DNA of 63,269 nt, counting the filler, from Pelomyxa schiedti (taxonomy: Eukaryota; Protista; Evosea), in the NCBI GenBank assembly GCA_020536535.1. It is 7 parts of 7 records of this genome, joined end to end, with 100 filler letters (N's around TTAATTAATTAA, not from the genome) between each part and the next. Parts side by side here need not be neighbours in the genome. Positions count along the whole stretch, not along the records: positions 38,327 to 58,656 come from JAHLWZ010001090.1; positions 58,757 to 60,959 come from JAHLWZ010002078.1; 5 more parts are not named here. One strand, written 5' to 3'. The notes under the pieces were generated by a model. It ran no database searches. It saw nothing but the letters and a program-made list of their open reading frames with translations, and was not told where the DNA came from. Shown piece by piece: positions 46,937 to 58,779 of the stretch. Both the position numbers and the translations under genes were made by a program. Each line of letters starts with the position of its first letter. Position 1 is the stretch's first letter.

Positions 46937-48900
46937 TGAGTGCCTCGGAGAGTGAGGACAATGTAGTGGAGGAGGAGGAGCCCTGTAAGTGGTTGACGTA
47001 CCCCAGAGAGTTTCGTTACGAGATCGGTCGCCACTTTGCTGAAATGTAGCTTGGCCTCATCTTCTCCTCTGACATCCCTTTTTTGGCAGAGAACGACATG
47101 AACAATGGGTGCTTTTGCACCGAAGTGGACTGATTTTTCCTTGTGAGTGCGATTTTCTGATAGTTTTCCAAAAGACAGGCAAAATCTATGCTCAGTCGGA
47201 TAGCTTGTTGGATATAAAAAAATATTGGCAAGCAATAAGGTGCGTATTGCATATTTTTCACAATCACAACCCTTTTTCTCCCAGTCTAATGTTCTGCTGT
47301 CCAATAGGGGAGGTGTTGATCCTTCCAAACCGATGTGCTGTAAAATAAGAGCTATAGAACCAATATATACCCCTACATCACGGTATCACCGCAAGTTTGC
47401 ATGTAAGACTCCTTCCATCCCCTGCCTTTACTTATAAGCCGGTGTTGCAGGGCAGAATGCTTGGCACTCTCTTGTATGTGCAAAGGACCCGCGGTTGGGC
47501 CGTCAATCACCTCTGTCCAGCCTACCAGATGAATGTATCTCGCGGATTGCTGCGTTATCCAATCCGTTAATTAAGGAAGAAGCTGATTATGGCAAAGTTG
47601 GAATCAGTAGACACGGATATAATAGAGTTGCATTGGACATTGGAACGTACACGACGATGTTCGGACCAATAGGGGAGGAAGTTCCGTCAGTCATTCCCAC
47701 AAGAATAGCTAATTCACTCTGGAGCCCCTACGGTGTTGCAGGCAAGACACTACAGGCTGATCCAATTGCCATGATGAATGCCCTGACTCCTATCGATAAC
47801 GGCGTTCCTTCTGATTGGGACCTATATGAGAAGTTTGTTGCTCACCTACTTTACGAAGAGCTTCAAGTGCCACAAGCATGCAGCATTCTGCTTACATCAC
47901 CCCCTGATATCAGTGAGAAATACTTTTCGAAGCTTCCAGAGATATACTTTGAGAAGTTTGGGTACTCACCTTTATTAATCAATCACACTCATTCAGCACA
48001 GAATTCTTGATATCTATGTCAGTAAACAACAGTGGTTAGCAGCAGCTGCTGTGGGCCGTCCCACGTGCGTTGTAGTGGACTCTTCGTTTACCCGAACTAC
48101 TGTAACGGCTGGAGATTGTGAGTTAGTTCGATCTCATATCACATTCACCATTACAGGCGAGTTTTCCCGATGCTACGATTTTGCCCCTTTTGGAGGAGAC
48201 TCCGTGACTCGGTCCTTGGTTTCCATCTTGTGCAAATCTGGTGTTCTTATGGACTCAGCCTCGTGCTACAGCTGGGCCAATGACTTAAAGCACAGGGCAG
48301 CTTACGTAGATGATGGTAGTTATGCATCGTCATTAGGCTCAACAACTGATGTATTCAGGAAGACGCACACCAAGTTCAAGCTTTGCACTTCCTGATGGAA
48401 AACAAGTGATGCTAGGTGACGAACTCTCTCTGTGTACGGCGCACATGTTCGAGGGAAATAAACTTTCCGATCTAGTACAATCTGTCACACAACGGGTACT
48501 GTAATTGGGAAAGTTCACCTTACTGAAAACTGCCTTAAGTATACGTCTTCAGGGTATTCCAATACCTTAGAACCGGTTATAGGTTCAGTTACTCAACACT
48601 CCGTTTACTAAAAACTTACAGTTATGTGTGGTGGGAACTGTTTACTTCCGGGCTTCCAAGAGAAAATGGCGTGCAATTTTCCCAAGCACGAGATTATTTG
48701 TCCAACAAACTGTGATGTATGTCTGCCTCATTCCATTACCCGTAGAACAAGAAAATACCTAAAACCAATCGCATACCTCAATCAAATAAACATATCAAGA
48801 TTACGAAGTCCGGCTTCTTTTTTCCACTTACCCTTCAACCTAGACCCTCCCATGGCTCGGAGCCTCCATTCTAGGTGAACTATCCACATTCCAGTCTATG
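46937..48900 (+). CDS. Divergent actin-related protein with N-terminal extension (possible partial PH domain and F-box-like helical motif)
   Basis: Actin-fold motifs VALDIGT, PIDNG...DWD, ILLTSPP, VVVDSS, FGGDSVT, LPDGKQVMLGDE and CGGNCLLPGF; upstream PRLGRQSPLSSLPDECISRI. Ends approximate. Confidence 0.72.
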
Positions 48901-49208
48901 TGGGTTTATTCCCAGGTAACCACGCCCAACCCTATCCATCTCTTTCACCCAAAAAAAACCCGTAGGACTACTCTGAACGTGGCCCCGATGTCCTGCGTCG
49001 TGCGTGTGGGTGTTGAAGAGGGTCCATTTTTGGCTTCCGAATCGGTTCCGGATCGGCGACTTCCAGCAAATACTTATTTAATTTATCTTACACCTTCCCG
49101 TAAAAAACCCTCTACGAAAATCTACCACCAGCCGCCCTTTAAAAGAGCCAAGCGGACAAACTAAGCAAAACGAAACAAACAACAAAAACAAAGGACAAGG
49201 ACAAGGAA

Positions 49209-49885
49209 ATGGCCAAGACATCGTGGACAAAGGCTGAGGTGCTGGAAATGATCAAGGACCCAAAGAGGAGCACCTCCATACTGGTCACGCACGACGGCGA
49301 CAACTTGGGCCTCAGGCCGATGATGACCAGGATCAGGGACAATGGCGAGATGTACTTTGTGACCCACAAGATGTCCGCAAAGGCAAACCAAGTTCGAGCC
49401 AATCCAAACGCTTCGTTGGAGTTTGGTGGCTACCAGGTCAGTTTGTTTTTGTGCCCCCTTTGTTTTCCCCCATGGATTTTACTGACTGTGGGTAACAGAT
49501 GTCCACTGATCCTAACGAGGCCTGGATTATAATGAATGCCAAGATAACCATCTCTGAAGATCCTGCCAACAAACAAGCTGCGTGGCTACCGTTCCTTGGT
49601 TTGCTTCACTTATATATCTCAATCATTGTAAGTTACTGACATTATTGCAGCCCACATTTACGCTGGGGGACCAACAGACCCAATGATGGTTCTGCTGGAA
49701 GTGCACCCAACAGAGGTCTTTGTAGCACAACCAGGAAGGAAAACGGCCGTTTCTTGGTCTTGAAACTTTGTTTGATTTAATAGGAAGTTCTTTATGCTTC
49801 TTTCGTCGTGGCTCCCTCGAGTTTTTCCCCCTCACTGGTGATTTTTTGTGATGGTTATTCGAAAACACCCCACAAACAAGCTTAA
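49209..49885 (+). CDS. Pyridoxamine-5'-phosphate-oxidase-like FMN-binding split-barrel protein (general stress protein 26-like), spliced
   Basis: RPM, YFVTHKMSAKANQVRANPNA, ITISEDPANKQAAW, GGPTDPMMVLLEVHP. Confidence 0.75.
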
Positions 49886-49925
49886 AATCCTGAAAGCGAA
49901 ACACTATCGTTATACAATAGTGTAA

Positions 49926-50653
49926 ATGGGAATAGAGTGGAGTGGAACGTCGTGGATGTACCCCTGGTGGTCACCAAACCAAAGTTCCCAAGCACAAGGC
50001 AACATACAACACACGGAAACAACAGCAACAACAATCCATATCATTGACCACATGGACCCTGAGGCGAGTGACGACGGCAGAAGTGATGACGCAATGGAAT
50101 TCAGGAAACAGCTCATAAAGCAACTGTATTCAAAAATTCTGTGGGACAAGGACCCACTGTTTCACTTTTTCTATGAGCCGTTCCTGATAGTGCGTGTGAC
50201 GACAAAAGAAGCTTTGGAAGGTGTCAGGTCCCATTTGGACAGTAACAATATCAACTTTCTGGAGTATTCATACCCTTTCACTGACTTTAAAAGTATGGGC
50301 TTTGTAGTGACAGTAATAATTGTGCAGAGTGTAATTAACTGTAGAAACTAGAACCTGGGATTACTGTGTGCGATGAGCGCAATTCACCTCTGGTAGCTGA
50401 GCGTTCAGATATTTTCATGCCGTTGTTGCATGCTCACAGTGTTGCCGCCCTCAGTCTTTCAGATGAAGAACACTCACTGTACTTTGAACGATGCGTGCAC
50501 ACGGCATGCAACCCACGGGGAATATCACGTTCCAATGAAGGGTTACTTCTGTTGGAGGCATCTTCTCTGAAGTTGGATCCGAAATCTCTTACACCACAGC
50601 ACCAGAAATACTTAGAGCGCGTACTGCAAAGGTCTAAAGACCAAAAATTGTGA
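49926..50653 (+). CDS. Uncharacterised two-exon protein
   Basis: Two protein-like ORFs (141 and 95 aa) separated by a short GT-AG intron-like gap. Confidence 0.5.
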
Positions 50654-50781
50654 AGATGAAAATAAAAGCACTCCCACGTGTTAGTTACAGTCCAATATCG
50701 TAGGGAGGAAGCCAGTCTGGAGGTCCTATTGGTCTTGCAACCTGAATTTACCTTTTGTTAGATTTTTACCGGTTGAGTTAG

Positions 50782-51421
50782 TCACACCTTCACTCTTGCA
50801 CCGAGAGTGTCACCCTCAGAGTGAGCAGAGAATCCCTTCTCGAGAGAGCAACCAAGGTGTCCATAGAGTGATAAAAGGTCAGAACGAGTTTCTGTAACAG
50901 TCCCACAAATAGACGTGCTTCCCCAACGCAAATTCGCCTCGTATGCAGCACGCCTCATAATCCTTGATGATAATCCCTACAGGAAATCAAGCACAGAATG
51001 AGCTATATTAGAATTCCTTTGGAAGAAGAGAACTGAACGATGCATACAGGGTAAAATAACTTACGGATTTCCTCTTTTCAGGAACAACAGCTAGATTGTA
51101 AATAGAGCAAGAACCTCCCATGGTTTTCAGAACCTGGCATAGACCCACAATTGCCTCCGCGTGTGGTGCCGCGTCATGGGAGTCGACAGTCACGGGCTCG
51201 CGTGGTGGTGATGCGGACGTGGCAACGACCCACAAAATGGATTGTGGGTCGAAGAGCCCACACCAGTCCTCCAAGTTTTGCATTTCTTCAGCGTTTTCTT
51301 GGGCCTCGGGGAAACACTGAAACAACACCCTGAGGAGCGATTCGCTGCAGCTCTGTGCTTCTTCCCATCCCATAACCCGGATTTTGCACACATCCGGATG
51401 TGTAGTACTGGTACTGGCCAT
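50782..51421 (-). CDS. GNAT-family N-acetyltransferase (two exons)
   Basis: IVGLCQV...IYNLAVVPEKRK|GLSSRIMRRA (acetyl-CoA motif A) ...LYGHLG. Confidence 0.75.
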
Positions 51422-51719
51422 TTTCACACTACCGGAAGACAACCTTCGTTTTTTTTTTTTTTTTTTTTGGCACGGTGCCAGGAGTTGTAGAGATAAGCAG
51501 CAACACCCGCTGATGCATAGATGTGTATGGAGATGCTGTTTCGTTCAATGGCGACTGAGCAAGGATACAAGAAACTGCATGAAAGTAGGTGTTGTCAATC
51601 CCTGACAATCGTGAACCTGGAGACTACCTCAAGGACGTACGATTGCACACTTTGAGGGGGTTCTATGAAAGAGCAAACCAGACTGCTTGAACGATGTTGA
51701 TCCTTTTGTTTTGGGACAA

Positions 51720-54700
51720 ATGGACCAAGTCGGGGGCGCGGAATATGTCACGCCCCCAGAGCCACCCACCACCACCACAGAGCCCTCTTCCACGTATCTG
51801 GAGGGACCCTCGCCTCCTCAGCAACCTCCGTACCAGTACGCCCCAACTTCCAGCCCTCCGGCGGCCTCGCCTCCGCCTCCGCCGCCACCGCCCGAGGCCC
51901 TGCCTTACTGCGACTACCCCCCGTCCCCGTTGTCCGGGGCCAAGACGCTGCCCCTCGGCCCCCCCGCCTCCTATGCCGCTGCCACATCGAGCGGGACTCG
52001 GACTGGGACCGGGACAGCAGCAGCGCAGCGGGGGGTGGGCGGGGGCAGCGGGCGCAGCGTGTTCGTGGAATCGGGGCTGCTGTGCGGGCAGCCAGCCACT
52101 TTTGATTGGAACACCCCTTTCCAGGAGACAATGGAGTGCATCAGGCCCAATTTGAGAAGTGTGTTGTTATTATAGCTTCGTTTATTGGGTGCTGTTCGTA
52201 TTTATTTTAAGATTTTTTTTTTTTTTTTTTTTTTTTGTTGTTTGTACTGGAAGTTCCTCTATTGTGTTAAATGTGTAAGTTTTTATTTGTACGTTCACGC
52301 TTCTAAGAAATTCATTCAAAGTCGGATGATGACCTCACCTTTCTACCAAGCTTTGAAGATGTTGGTCATGTCATTGATGCCTGTGAGAAGTTGCATAATC
52401 TGTCAGATAACTTTGTTTGCATGGCAGAGCTTTATGGAAAAGTTTTCTTTCCTGGTCTATTTTTGTGTATAAACAAAAACAAAAAGGTGATCATTCAAGA
52501 AGCAAATATTCCCCCACATGAAAAATCAATTCCTCCAATTGGTATTGGTGGACAGGTCCGAAATTTTTCGGCAAGGTACCTACTAATATGGTTAGGCAGG
52601 TGGAGAGAAGTATATCTACAAAGGAATCTTGTTCAAGTTCGCAAATGATTGGCAGAGTAAGTTGAATAACACGCAATCAAGTTCTACTCAACTTTATAGA
52701 CATTTATGGCTCACATCACTTTGCCAAGAAGGCAGCAGGCCATGACTTACGTTCCTTGATTCATTGGAGGTAATTCACAATTCTCCAAGTGTGGAATCAC
52801 TCCCACTATGAATAGTGATTGCCCTGATGTAAATGTAGCTTTAATGGCCCTGGTACCACTCCCCAATGTCAAATTGTTTGTTGCAGGTTAAACTTAAGAA
52901 CCCACATAGATTGATTACCGAGGGTACCGATTGGTGGCACAATCACTGCTCCCCATAGGCACAAATTCCTTGGTACTGTAATTTTCTGTCAGGTTATTGC
53001 GAATTTCATGTCTCATGTTGAGACTCCCCAGGTTTATGGAAGCAAGGATGCTGGCATCACAGTCAAAAATTCTGATCCAAAAATGGATTTGATCATGCAA
53101 TCCGCTGGCACTAGGCTTAATCTGAAGTTACACTCTGTTAGTATGTACTCCATGACCCAGCCGTGCCATAACATTCTCTGCTTTCTAGAAAACAGTACAA
53201 TACAAATGGTTGGCCCAATTGATATTGAAGGTCATCTAGGACATGATGGTCGATACTATGTAAACCGATTTCTTTCTTGTTTTCACGTACTTATTTGTAC
53301 CCAGGTTCTGGATTTCGCTCGGACATTCCCTCCAACACTCCCACTAAAACGAACTGAATATCTGTATAAACTAATGAGGTTCCTTGTTCCAACTTTTGTA
53401 AATACTGAAATCCCCCTAGACCTGAATGGGCAATGAACTTCAGGTACCTCTAGGCATTGGCCAATGAGTTCTTCTAAAGGATTTTTAGTCAACCCCTTAA
53501 CTCTGACGTTATGTCCAAATTTCATGCTGGTTCAGAAGAAGAAAAAGAGACAGACTGTGCTAATATTGAACTAGCCTGTGAAGCATTGCTGGAACGCCGG
53601 ATTCCGCAATTTGCACACTGGCTGGAAGCGTATTACAAACAAATAACCCACATTGAACATAGAGTGATTCCTCTGATGCACCGAGAAGGGATTAACTGCA
53701 GGTGTGCCTTTTTTAAAATGTATCTTGCAAACAAATTGTTTTTACAGGTATCTTGGCGTAGTCTATACATCCATTCGAACCCCATATCTAAAAAAAATGC
53801 TACTGCGAGAAGCTATCTCGAGACTTGCTAGATGGCTTATCAATGACAAATTTCGTTCTCATAACGAATCACAACACAATTTTACTGTCGACACAGTATT
53901 CTCGTACCTCAAGGTTTCATCTAACATAGTTACTTCTAGATTTCTTCAGTTTGCGCTCATACCCTGAACATCATAATCAACAAAGCTGGAGACTATTCAT
54001 CCACTTTCTGGAATCGCTTTGTTCCAGATAACTTGTGTTCTTGGTTCCATTTCCCGGCCACCTTAACTGAGAAAAGCATAAAAGCAACGCTTGCCCCAGA
54101 GTCGTTGCGTGAGTTCGTGTACCGAATTCTTGAACTGACAGCGATCAAGCTCACTCACGGTGCTAATGATATGCTGACCCAGCACCCAGAGGACTTTCAG
54201 TTTGCAGTTGCTGACATCAAACGTATAGGTGCACGAACAAAGCACACCAACATAGTTCTTACTAGCAAAGGTAGTTATTATCCCAAACCCAGTTTTACTT
54301 GGATAATTTCTTCCAAAGGTTTGTCTCTCGGAATACAGGCTATAAAAGCAGGAAAGAGTGGAAATTCTAATATTGCTGTGCGCCTTATGCAAGAAGCACT
54401 CACATCATATCATGCCGCATTAGAGGTACACCCTGGTGCAGAAACTCTTCTGGTGGAGATGGGCTTCCTGATGTGTGGTTACATGGACAACATAGGGCTA
54501 AAATGGGCTGCTGACATTTACCGAGTGCACATAAGGTGATTCCGTCTTTTTCTTGTGAAAACCGTTCCATTCAGGCGGCAATAACACTAATCTACCCCCA
54601 ACAACAGGACCATGGTTCGCCTGTTCAACCGAAGCAGTGTGCTCCCTATGCTTACACTTACCGAAGCCGTCCTGAATGGAGGCGCCGGAGCGCATTTCGG

Positions 54701-55127
54701 GGCGCTGCTTCCCGCACTACTCAAGCTGCATCGGTCGGCCAATGGCGAGACTTTCGTGAGTGAGAATGCCAGGCTTCAGGTATATCATCTCCATATTCCG
54801 GCACTACCAGAACAACTACCACCCAAACAAATCAAATAACTAAGAGTTCTCCAAATAAAATCACTAACCTCCCCTTCCCACGTCATCTAGGGTCTGATTT
54901 TCACAATCGAACTGCTCAAGTGCCACGTTGCAATGCAGTGCACGACCAAAGTCACGCAGTGCAGCTTCCTGCCTCAGCTGTTTGTCAACTGTCCCCATTG
55001 CTGGAGCAACCCATCATACGGCGTGTGCGCCGTTTGCGCCATCACCTGCCACTCCACCCACGAGCCTGCAATCTCAAAGGCCACGTTGAGCCCCGCGTTT
55101 TGTGACTGTCAGTGCCACAGCTCCTGA
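51720..55127 (+). CDS. CLU-domain (clustered-mitochondria central domain) protein with Pro-rich N-terminus and C-terminal UBR-box-like zinc finger
   Basis: DWNTPFQ, GGEKY...GILFKFA, AKKAAGHDL, DYRGYRLVAQSLLPI, YGSKDAG, DIEGH.G.DGRYY|VLDFARTFPP; terminal C..C...C..CAITCH.TH...FCDC. Confidence 0.82.
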
Positions 55128-55669
55128 ATAACCAAAAGAAAAGTTCACAGTTCTCCTGTTATTAATTCTTTAAAACAAACTACAAACCTTACCCATTCTG
55201 GTCTGCTTGGCCTATAAGAAGGACACAACTTGGGAACTGAAGACTCACAGGAATCGAGACGAGAAAAATTGTTTTTGAGCTTGGACCACAAAACTGGGCG
55301 TCAAATCCTCTGTTTGGTGGTTTGATCAAAATAACGACAGAACCGAAGAATTGGTCCTGAGCAGCACCATAAGCTGCCAGGCCTGACCGACTCCTGTGTA
55401 ATTGAATTTTGGGACGGCCAATGTAGTTAACTACAGTTTTGTAGTTAACTACAACACCAAGTTGGTTTAGTGTGTTTTTCTGTGAGTAATCCCGTTGAAA
55501 AAGTGGGCATAGGAAGACCACCATTGGTACATCGAAACTTACTACGACTTATTCTTGGGAGAGCATTCATTGGTCTATAAACAAGTCGTGATTGGTTTTA
55601 GTCGACTTAGAAAATGAATTTCACAGAATTTGTAGTTAGGGGCCAACATACAAATACCTAAAGACCTAA

Positions 55670-55800
55670 CCTGTGACCTGTGACCTGTGACCTGTATCCT
55701 GTAACCTGTAACCTGTTACCTGTAACTTGTAACCTGTAACCTGTAACCTGTAACCTGTAACCTGTATCCTGTGACCTGTATCCTGCACCTAAAACCTGTA
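55670..55800. repeat. Heptamer tandem repeat (CCTGTGA/CCTGTAA)n
   Basis: Directly visible; related units recur at ~55930-55970 and ~56150-56190. Confidence 0.9.
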
Positions 55801-55869
55801 CCTAAAAGACCTGTAATACCTAGGTGCAATAATAGAGAAAGAAAGATGGAGAAGAGAGGGAGGCATGGC

Positions 55870-56211
55870 GATGGCAGAGGAAACAGAGCTTGTGAGAGTA
55901 ATGTTTAGACCTGTACCTAAAACCTGTTTCCTGTTACCTGTGTCCTGTGACCTGTGACTTGTGACCTGTATCTTTTTTTCCTGGGCGAGGNNNNNNNNNN
56001 NNNNNNNNNNNNNNNNNNNNNNNNNNNNNNNNNNNNNNNNNNNNNNNNNNNNNNNNNNNNNNNNNNNNNNNNNNNNNNNNNNNNNNNNNNGATGGCAGAG
56101 GAAACAGAGCTTGTGAGAGTAATGTTTAGACCTGTACCTAAAACCTGTTTCCTGTTACCTGTGTCCTGTGACCTGTGACTTGTGACCTGTATCTTTTTTT
56201 CCTGGGCGAGG
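55870..56211. other. 100-N scaffold gap (55991-56090) flanked by an exact ~121-bp duplication, an unmerged contig overlap
   Basis: 55870-55990 is identical to 56091-56211. Confidence 0.85.
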
Positions 56212-56288
56212 GGACATTTCGGTCCGTCGGATCTTGGCCCAACCGAGATTTTCTGAAAATAGTGGGTTATTTTTCCGCGAACAGAGCA

Positions 56289-57254
56289 ATGGCGACCCTG
56301 TTTAGGGCCACGTGCCGCGCGACCACTGACCAACTTGGGAGCGTGGTGGACTGGAGGTGGGCGGCGACTGAGGAGAGGGCGAGGTTTTTCGAAGAAGTGG
56401 TTGCGCAACAGACTTATGGTTTCCTGACACGGCCAACAACTCACGCGTGGGACGTGACAACAAAGAAAATCAAAGTCGGTGTCATTGGGGGTTTTCTTTG
56501 TGTTCTTTGAGGCTAAGGGTTATCTTCAAGCTAAGTTTAAATACCAAATTAGCACTTATTAACACATGCAGACCAGGTTTCAGTTCTTGGAGTTGCTGCT
56601 GTTGGAAAAACCACTCTGATTCAAATGCTTTGTAATGAACTCAAAAATGAGCTTGTCAGGGAAGAGAGGCGGGGGACTCCATATCACCCCACATTAGGCC
56701 TCAATGTCCACACTGTCCACTGGGGTGCCAGGTGTAACAACAACAATACAACCACCACAGTGCCTAATGACTCGGCCGTGTCTGCTTCTGCATCATCAAG
56801 CAAGACACCAGAAGCTGCAAATAGCAGGGCAACAGCATCGAAGATATACCTTCTGAACATTGACTTCTATGACTTGGGATTCCACTCTGCCGAGAAGTCC
56901 ACATTCCTGACGAAAGAGCACCTCAATTCCCCGGATGTGTGCATTTATGTTGTTAGCTCTGTGGATGCCAGCAGCTTTGCTTGGCTACTATCTGAACTGG
57001 AGAATTCCGCAACTTCCACCAGCAGGAGAGGGGGGAAAATGGTGGTCATAACAAAATGTGACCTCGTAATGCAGAGCCACATCACGCACTGTGAGATGAA
57101 CCAGTTGCTCAACAAGTACCCAAGTCTGCCTGTGATTGCTCTCTCCAGGGTAGACTCCACTAAGGGTGGCGACGTGGCAATCCCCTGGGAGAGGAACGAA
57201 AGCACCGTCACCCTCCTCAATGAAATCACCAACCAATCTTTCATGAGCAGCTGA
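56289..57254 (+). CDS. Divergent Ras-superfamily small GTPase (two exons)
   Basis: Splicing gives KKIKVVLGVAAVGKTT (G1), YHPTLG (G2), FYDLG (G3) and ITKCD (G4). Confidence 0.75.
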
Positions 57255-57406
57255 TTTTACCTTTGCAGACCTATTTGCTCTTTTGGGAAATAAAAAATTA
57301 CCAAGCCCGCTATGTTCAAGTAGAAACGGGAAGGGAAATTATTTTATTATTTTTCCTGATTACCTCCTACATAACAAAGCCCTTAACACAACAGTAGAGA
57401 ACTCCA

Positions 57407-58656
57407 CTACACTAGCCTCTCTATATGGAACCGAAAACTGGCCAACACATTATCAGTGTCAGCAAAGTAGCCATCAGGAGACCTCCATCCTTCACCCATG
57501 GTGCCAATCCATAGTTCCCCGGTCGAGTGGTACACTTCCACGAGAAGAGAATGAAGGTGGACTGGAGGGAGTGTTACATCACAGAAGGAGCCAAGTTTGT
57601 TGGTAAACTCCAGCTCCTGTTCCAGCTCAATCATCGTGGGGTTGTGTTCTGTGAAGGGAGCGTGAGGAGATATGAAGATCCGACGCAAAAAAGGGAGGGA
57701 AATGGACGAAGCTCGATGCCATAGGGATGGATTACCTTTCATGGTCAATTTGGCAATGCGGAGTGCAACATCTGATGGTAATCTGTGTACCATTGATTGC
57801 CGCTGTTTCAGACCACACAGAAAGTGTGTAGTTGGTACCTGCTGACCACTGAAAAATCGTGATATTAGTAAATGTGATACTATGCATGCTTTAAACTGTA
57901 ATTAATACCTGCGGAAAACAAGCTCGGGCATATTTGTTATGGTGCAGTACCCAACTTCCCGGGGATTAGTAGGAGCCCCAGGGTGGTTGTTTGCCTCCGT
58001 CTTCCTTGCTGATGGCCACTGCGCAAACATCATTGCTGTGACTTTCTTTGGAGGAACTGCAATCATGAACAGCAATTCCTACCCAGGATATTAGCCAAAG
58101 GGCTGGGGAAAAAAAAATCCACATAAACAAACAAATACAAAAAAAAACGCACGCGCTCATACGAGCAGGACTCTTCAACATAATTCCACCTGTAGCCTCC
58201 AAAGCACAGAGAATCATTGCTGTCATTTCCCAGTCCAACAACCAACTTGGATCCTTCTTTCATACCCACTCTGACAACAGTCGGGGTCACACTGCGGATT
58301 GTGGGGGAACCCATAATTTCGTTGCAGGTGGCGGCGGCAGCGTGCTCGTCTCCCTCTTGCTGCAGCAAAGTACAAAGTCCCTCGGCGCGAGCAGACGACG
58401 AGGCAACCGGGGTTCCCTTTTGGACCAGACTCCATTCCAAATTGTGGGACTTCTTCAGTTCAGAGAGCGCCGCCACCCACTGCGCCGCGCCGTTGGGCCA
58501 CTGCCGGAAATCCCACAATGGGGACACGAAACAACCAGCAAGTCCCACCGCCGGGCCCCACGTCGCACCCAACGATAGTGCCGCCTCCGCCTCAGCCCCT
58601 CGACGAGAGGTACCAGGACCTCCTCTGTTCCCTGTATTTCCCATAAACTTAACTGC
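57407..58656 (-). CDS. Uncharacterised spliced family protein, 5' end truncated
   Basis: Two protein-like ORFs; the last exon begins with FLCGLKQRQSMVHRLPSDVALRIAKL. Confidence 0.5.
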
Positions 58657-58756
58657 NNNNNNNNNNNNNNNNNNNNNNNNNNNNNNNNNNNNNNNNNNNN
58701 TTAATTAATTAANNNNNNNNNNNNNNNNNNNNNNNNNNNNNNNNNNNNNNNNNNNN
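58657..58756. other. Artificial contig linker
   Basis: N44-TTAATTAATTAA-N44. Confidence 0.97.
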
Positions 58757-58779
58757 GCTATATTCATGGAGTTGGATGT

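Noticed and set aside
46930-47328. Histone-fold-like minus-strand ORF
   Set aside because: The plus strand has a better ATG and GT-AG exon chain leading into the actin-like gene, so this is likely an antisense shadow.
55870-56211. Direct repeat as LTRs or a tandem duplication
   Set aside because: Exact copies immediately flank a 100-N gap, typical of an unmerged overlap.
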